From: Clostridia bacterium
GTDB taxonomy: Bacteria; Bacillota; Clostridia; Oscillospirales; CAG-272
Direction: 5' to 3'
DNA length: 61,735 nucleotides
NCBI GenBank assembly: GCA_017545225.1
Contig: JAFWPR010000005.1
Span: forward strand, 1-61,735
The position numbers were made by a program, and so were the translations under genes. How positions within the stretch are numbered: the first letter of the stretch is position 1; the number at the start of each line of letters is the position of its first letter. The notes under the pieces were generated by a model that was not told the origin of the DNA, made no database searches, and saw nothing but the letters and a program-made list of their open reading frames with translations. Shown here in pieces: positions 58,330-61,735 of the stretch.

Positions 58330-58916
58330 CAGAGAACGCCCTTGCTCGACGGGATCCGTCCCTCGAAGCGCGGATCGGGAGCGAGAGCCGCCGACAGCGA
58401 ACGCGCGACGCCCTTGAAGATCGCTTCCGCCACGTGGTGCGAGTTCTCGCCGTCGATCATCAGAACGTGCAGAGTCACGCCCGCAGTCCGCACGAACGCG
58501 AGCCAGAATTCCTTTACGAGTTCCGTGTCGAAGTCGCCGACCTTCTCTGTCGGGAAACTGACGTTGAAGCGCAGAACGCCGCGCCCCGAAACGTCGACGG
58601 CGGTGAGAATGAGCGCCTCGTCCATCGGAAGCGTTATCGACGCGTAGCGCGCGATGCCCGCGCGGTCGCCCGACGCGTCGCGGAACGCCTCGCCCAGAGC
58701 GATCCCGATATCCTCGGCGGTGTGGTGGAAGTCCACGTTCACGTCGCCGCGGCAGAAGAGATCGAGGTCAAAGCAGCCGTGCGTCGCGAAGAGCGTCAGC
58801 ATGTGGTCGAGAAAACCGCATCCCGTGTCGACGGATATTTTGCCTTTCCCGTCAAGATCGAGTGAAAGTCTGATATCGGTCTCAGCCGTTTTTCTTTCGA
58901 TTTTCGCTTCTCTCAT
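58329..58916 (-). CDS. hisB: Imidazoleglycerol-phosphate dehydratase
   Basis: [33 protein letters not shown]. Confidence 0.97.
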   Translation of the reverse strand: MREAKIERKTAETDIRLSLDLDGKGKISVDTGCGFLDHMLTLFATHGCFDLDLFCRGDVNVDFHHTAEDIGIALGEAFRDASGDRAGIARYASITLPMDEALILTAVDVSGRGVLRFNVSFPTEKVGDFDTELVKEFWLAFVRTAGVTLHVLMIDGENSHHVAEAIFKGVARSLSAALAPDPRFEGRIPSSKGVL

Positions 58917-58921
58917 TTCCG

Positions 58922-59986
58922 TTATCCTTTCAATATATCGGACAGAGCGTCGACGAGCGCGCTCATCTGCTCAGCCGTGCCTACCGTAATGCGAAGGTGA
59001 TCTTTTATCCTCTCCGAGTCGAACCGGCGGACGAGGATCCCGCGCTCGCGGAGCGCAGCGGCGAGGTCACGGCCGCTTTTTCCGGGAAACCGCGCGAATA
59101 CGAAATTCGACGAGGACGGAGTGACCTCGAACCCGAGTTTTCTCAGCGTATCGGAAAAACCGTCCCGCACTCTCACCACGTCCGCGACGCGGGCTCGGAA
59201 ATACTCTTCGTCGCCGAACGACGCCTCCGCCGCGGCGCACGCCGTGCGGGAGAGATTGAACGGGTTGGTCGAGAACCGCATGAACTCGATATCCCTGATG
59301 ATCTCGGGGGAGGAAAGGCAGTAGCCGACGCGCCCCCCCGCGAACGACCTCGATTTCGAGAACGTCCGCACGACGATCAGATTGTCGTATTTTTTGACGA
59401 GCGGCGCGGCCGTATAGGTCGAGAAATCCGCGTACGCTTCGTCGATTACGACGACGCGGTCGGGATCCGCCGCGACGATCGCTTCGATCGTATCCCGCCC
59501 GGCGGCGATGCCGGTCGGCGCGTTCGGATCGGCGAGCACCGCGCACGGCCCGCCCTTTTCCGCCTTCGTATAATCGGCGGGGTCGACGGTGAAATCGTCC
59601 CTCAGCGGGATCTCGCGGTACTTGATACCGTAGAGCGCTGCCCAGACCTTGTAAAAGCCGTACGTCACGTCGGGGAAGATCGCTCCGCGGTCGGGGAAGA
59701 ACGCGCGGAAGATCCAGTCGAGCAGCTCGTCGGAACCGCCGCCGACGGATACGTTTTCGATCCCGACGCCGTGATACGCAGCCGCCTTTTCGCGGAACGA
59801 TCGGTACTCGGGATCGGGGTAGAGATTCATGTCTGCGGTTTTCTCCGCGATCGCCGCGATCACTTTCGGCGACGGCGGGTACGGCGACTCGTTCGTGTTC
59901 AGTTTGATATATTTTCTGTCCCTCGGCTGCTCGCCCGGGACGTATGCAGCCAAACCGCGATAAGAACAGGCGAGAAACTTACTCAT
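58922..59986 (-). CDS. hisC: Histidinol-phosphate aminotransferase
   Basis: [29 protein letters not shown]; start ATG 59986. Confidence 0.96.
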   Translation of the reverse strand: MSKFLACSYRGLAAYVPGEQPRDRKYIKLNTNESPYPPSPKVIAAIAEKTADMNLYPDPEYRSFREKAAAYHGVGIENVSVGGGSDELLDWIFRAFFPDRGAIFPDVTYGFYKVWAALYGIKYREIPLRDDFTVDPADYTKAEKGGPCAVLADPNAPTGIAAGRDTIEAIVAADPDRVVVIDEAYADFSTYTAAPLVKKYDNLIVVRTFSKSRSFAGGRVGYCLSSPEIIRDIEFMRFSTNPFNLSRTACAAAEASFGDEEYFRARVADVVRVRDGFSDTLRKLGFEVTPSSSNFVFARFPGKSGRDLAAALRERGILVRRFDSERIKDHLRITVGTAEQMSALVDALSDILKG

Positions 59987-61271
59987 TTTCAAAAACTCCT
60001 TTTTCGCGGCGCGCCAGCGCGCTTCGCGCGTGCGCTTCGAGTCCTTCCGCCCGCGCGAACGACGCGACGTCGCCGCAAAGCTCGCCGAGCGCCTCGGCGG
60101 TGAAATACGTGAACTGGCTCTTCTTGACGAAATCGTCGACGAAGAGCGGGCTTGAGAAACGCGCCGTTCCGCTCGTCGGGAGCGTGTGGTTCGGCCCCGC
60201 CATATAGTCGCCGAGCGCCTCGGGACAGTTGCGCCCGAGGAAGATGGACCCGGCGTTTTTGATCGCGTCAAGGTAGTTGAAAGGCTCTTCGACGCAGAGT
60301 TCAAGATGCTCCGGCGCCATCTCGTTGGCGAGCTTTATACACTCGTCGATGCTTTCGAGAATTATGATCTTTCCGTTCACGTCGATCGACTCCCGCGCGA
60401 TGTCGCGCCGAGGAAGAGCGGGTATCTGACGTTCGAGTTCTTCGCTGACCTTGCCGGCGAGTTCTTCGCTCGTTGTCAGAAAAATCGCCGTCGCCATTCT
60501 GTCGTGCTCCGCCTGCGAGAGCAGGTCGGCGGCGAGGACGGAGGGATCGGAATTTCCGTCGGAGATAACGAGTATCTCGGACGGCCCCGCGATCATATCG
60601 ATCGCGACCTTTCCGAACACCTGTCTTTTCGCCTCGGCGACGAACGCGTTGCCCGGCCCGACGATCTTGTCGACCTTCGGTACGGTTTCGGTGCCGTACG
60701 CGAGAGCGGCGATTGCCTGTGCCCCGCCTACGCGGAAAACGCGGTCGACTCCGGCGATCTTCGCCGCGGCGAGTATGACGGGGGAGATATCCCCGCCCCT
60801 TGAGGGCGGCGAGACCATGACGATCTCAGAGCATCCGGCGATCTTCGCGGGGATGCAGTTCATGAGGACCGACGACGGATACGCCGCCGTGCCTCCGGGA
60901 ACGTACAGGCCGACCTTTTCGATCGGCGTTATCTTCTGCCCCATCACGACGCCGGGCTTGTCCTTTATCACGAACGGCTCGCGCACCTGACGGGAGTGGA
61001 ACGCCCTGATGTTTTCCGCCGCGCGTTTCATAACGGCTGTGAGTTTTTCATCGCATTCCGATACCGCGCGTTCGATCTCCTCTGCAGACACCTCGATCGC
61101 GGAAAGCTCCGCTTTGTCGAATTTCAGAGCGTAGTCGTAAAGCGCCGCGTCGCCGCGCGCGCGGACGTCCGCGATTATTGCGGAAACGCTCTCTCTTATC
61201 TTATCGTCTCTTTCGACGTCGTCATCCGTTCTTTTCAGCGCGTCGGCGGAGCCGCGGTATATCTTTATCAT
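59979..61271 (-). CDS. hisD: Histidinol dehydrogenase
   Basis: GLYVPGG, KIVGPGN, IDMIAGPSE, SQAEHD, APEHLE, GPNHTLPT. Confidence 0.98.
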   Translation of the reverse strand: MIKIYRGSADALKRTDDDVERDDKIRESVSAIIADVRARGDAALYDYALKFDKAELSAIEVSAEEIERAVSECDEKLTAVMKRAAENIRAFHSRQVREPFVIKDKPGVVMGQKITPIEKVGLYVPGGTAAYPSSVLMNCIPAKIAGCSEIVMVSPPSRGGDISPVILAAAKIAGVDRVFRVGGAQAIAALAYGTETVPKVDKIVGPGNAFVAEAKRQVFGKVAIDMIAGPSEILVISDGNSDPSVLAADLLSQAEHDRMATAIFLTTSEELAGKVSEELERQIPALPRRDIARESIDVNGKIIILESIDECIKLANEMAPEHLELCVEEPFNYLDAIKNAGSIFLGRNCPEALGDYMAGPNHTLPTSGTARFSSPLFVDDFVKKSQFTYFTAEALGELCGDVASFARAEGLEAHARSALARREKGVFENE

Positions 61272-61735
61272 TCCGGCGCCTCCTCTTTCGCGACCTCCGC
61301 CTCCGCACGGGAGGCCATTTCTTTTATTTCTTCGTTCTTGAATTTGAAACTTACCTTGTTGGCGATCAGCCGCGCAGATATGTCGGTCACAGTCTCGAAC
61401 GGGACGAGGCCGTTCTCAACGAGCGTCTTGCCCGTCTCGACGATGTCGACGATAACGTCGGACAGGCCGAGCAGCGGCGCGATCTCGATCGAACCGTTCA
61501 GCTTTATAACGTCTATGTCGCGCCCGAGCGAGCGGTAGTAGTTTTTCGCGATCGACGGGAATTTCGTCGCCACGCGCAGAGGGCGGGACGTATCGTCGCG
61601 AAAGCCGCGCTTTGAAGCGACCGCCATCCGGCACTTGCCGAGGCGCAGGTCGCACAGCTCGTACACGTCCGGCGAGAACTCGAGCAGAACGTCCTTCCCG
61701 GCGACTCCGACGTCGGCGACTCCTCGCTCGACGTA
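61268..61735 (-). CDS. hisG: ATP phosphoribosyltransferase, short form (5' part outside window)
   Basis: VATKFP, KLNGSIEIAPLLGLSDVIVDIVETGKTL. Frame is open to the window end. Confidence 0.95.
   Translation of the reverse strand, partial: YVERGVADVGVAGKDVLLEFSPDVYELCDLRLGKCRMAVASKRGFRDDTSRPLRVATKFPSIAKNYYRSLGRDIDVIKLNGSIEIAPLLGLSDVIVDIVETGKTLVENGLVPFETVTDISARLIANKVSFKFKNEEIKEMASRAEAEVAKEEAPE

Noticed and set aside
55547-61735. No hisZ or histidinol-phosphatase in the his operon
   Set aside because: The operon is cut by the window edge, and the phosphatase is often unlinked in Clostridia.

Overview
Core-chromosome segment of a high-GC (roughly 60%, judged by eye) spore-forming Clostridia-class bacterium; this assignment is inferred from spo0A, the T-box, CIRCE, AddAB and SLH domains. 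In order it carries: a truncated Noc/ParB-like gene next to a DnaA-box cluster; a degenerate solute-binding lipoprotein; a P-type ATPase; valS with a Val T-box; four tRNAs; thpR; SPFH/NfeD; a SPOCS/LysM-like spore-coat gene; holA and an RNase M5-like gene; a 1.8-kb intergenic region with a modular fold-back repeat; and a 12.3-kb seven-gene operon. That operon encodes a giant CBM-fused solute-binding protein, two separate permease pairs, an NHL-TPR-YIP1 membrane protein and a DUF5696-like protein, behind a long structured leader. After it come a ttcA-like gene, groES/EL with CIRCE, a four-helix-bundle gene with a repeat-rich leader, an LRR-SLH surface protein, spo0A with uncharacterised neighbours, two PPIases, addBA, an SDR, two tandem polysaccharide deacetylases and the his operon, which runs off the window end. 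I found no transposase, phage gene, CRISPR array or defence system. The best candidate for a poorly understood system is the SBP/NHL-YIP1/DUF5696/four-permease operon. All family assignments come from motif recognition by eye, not from database searches.
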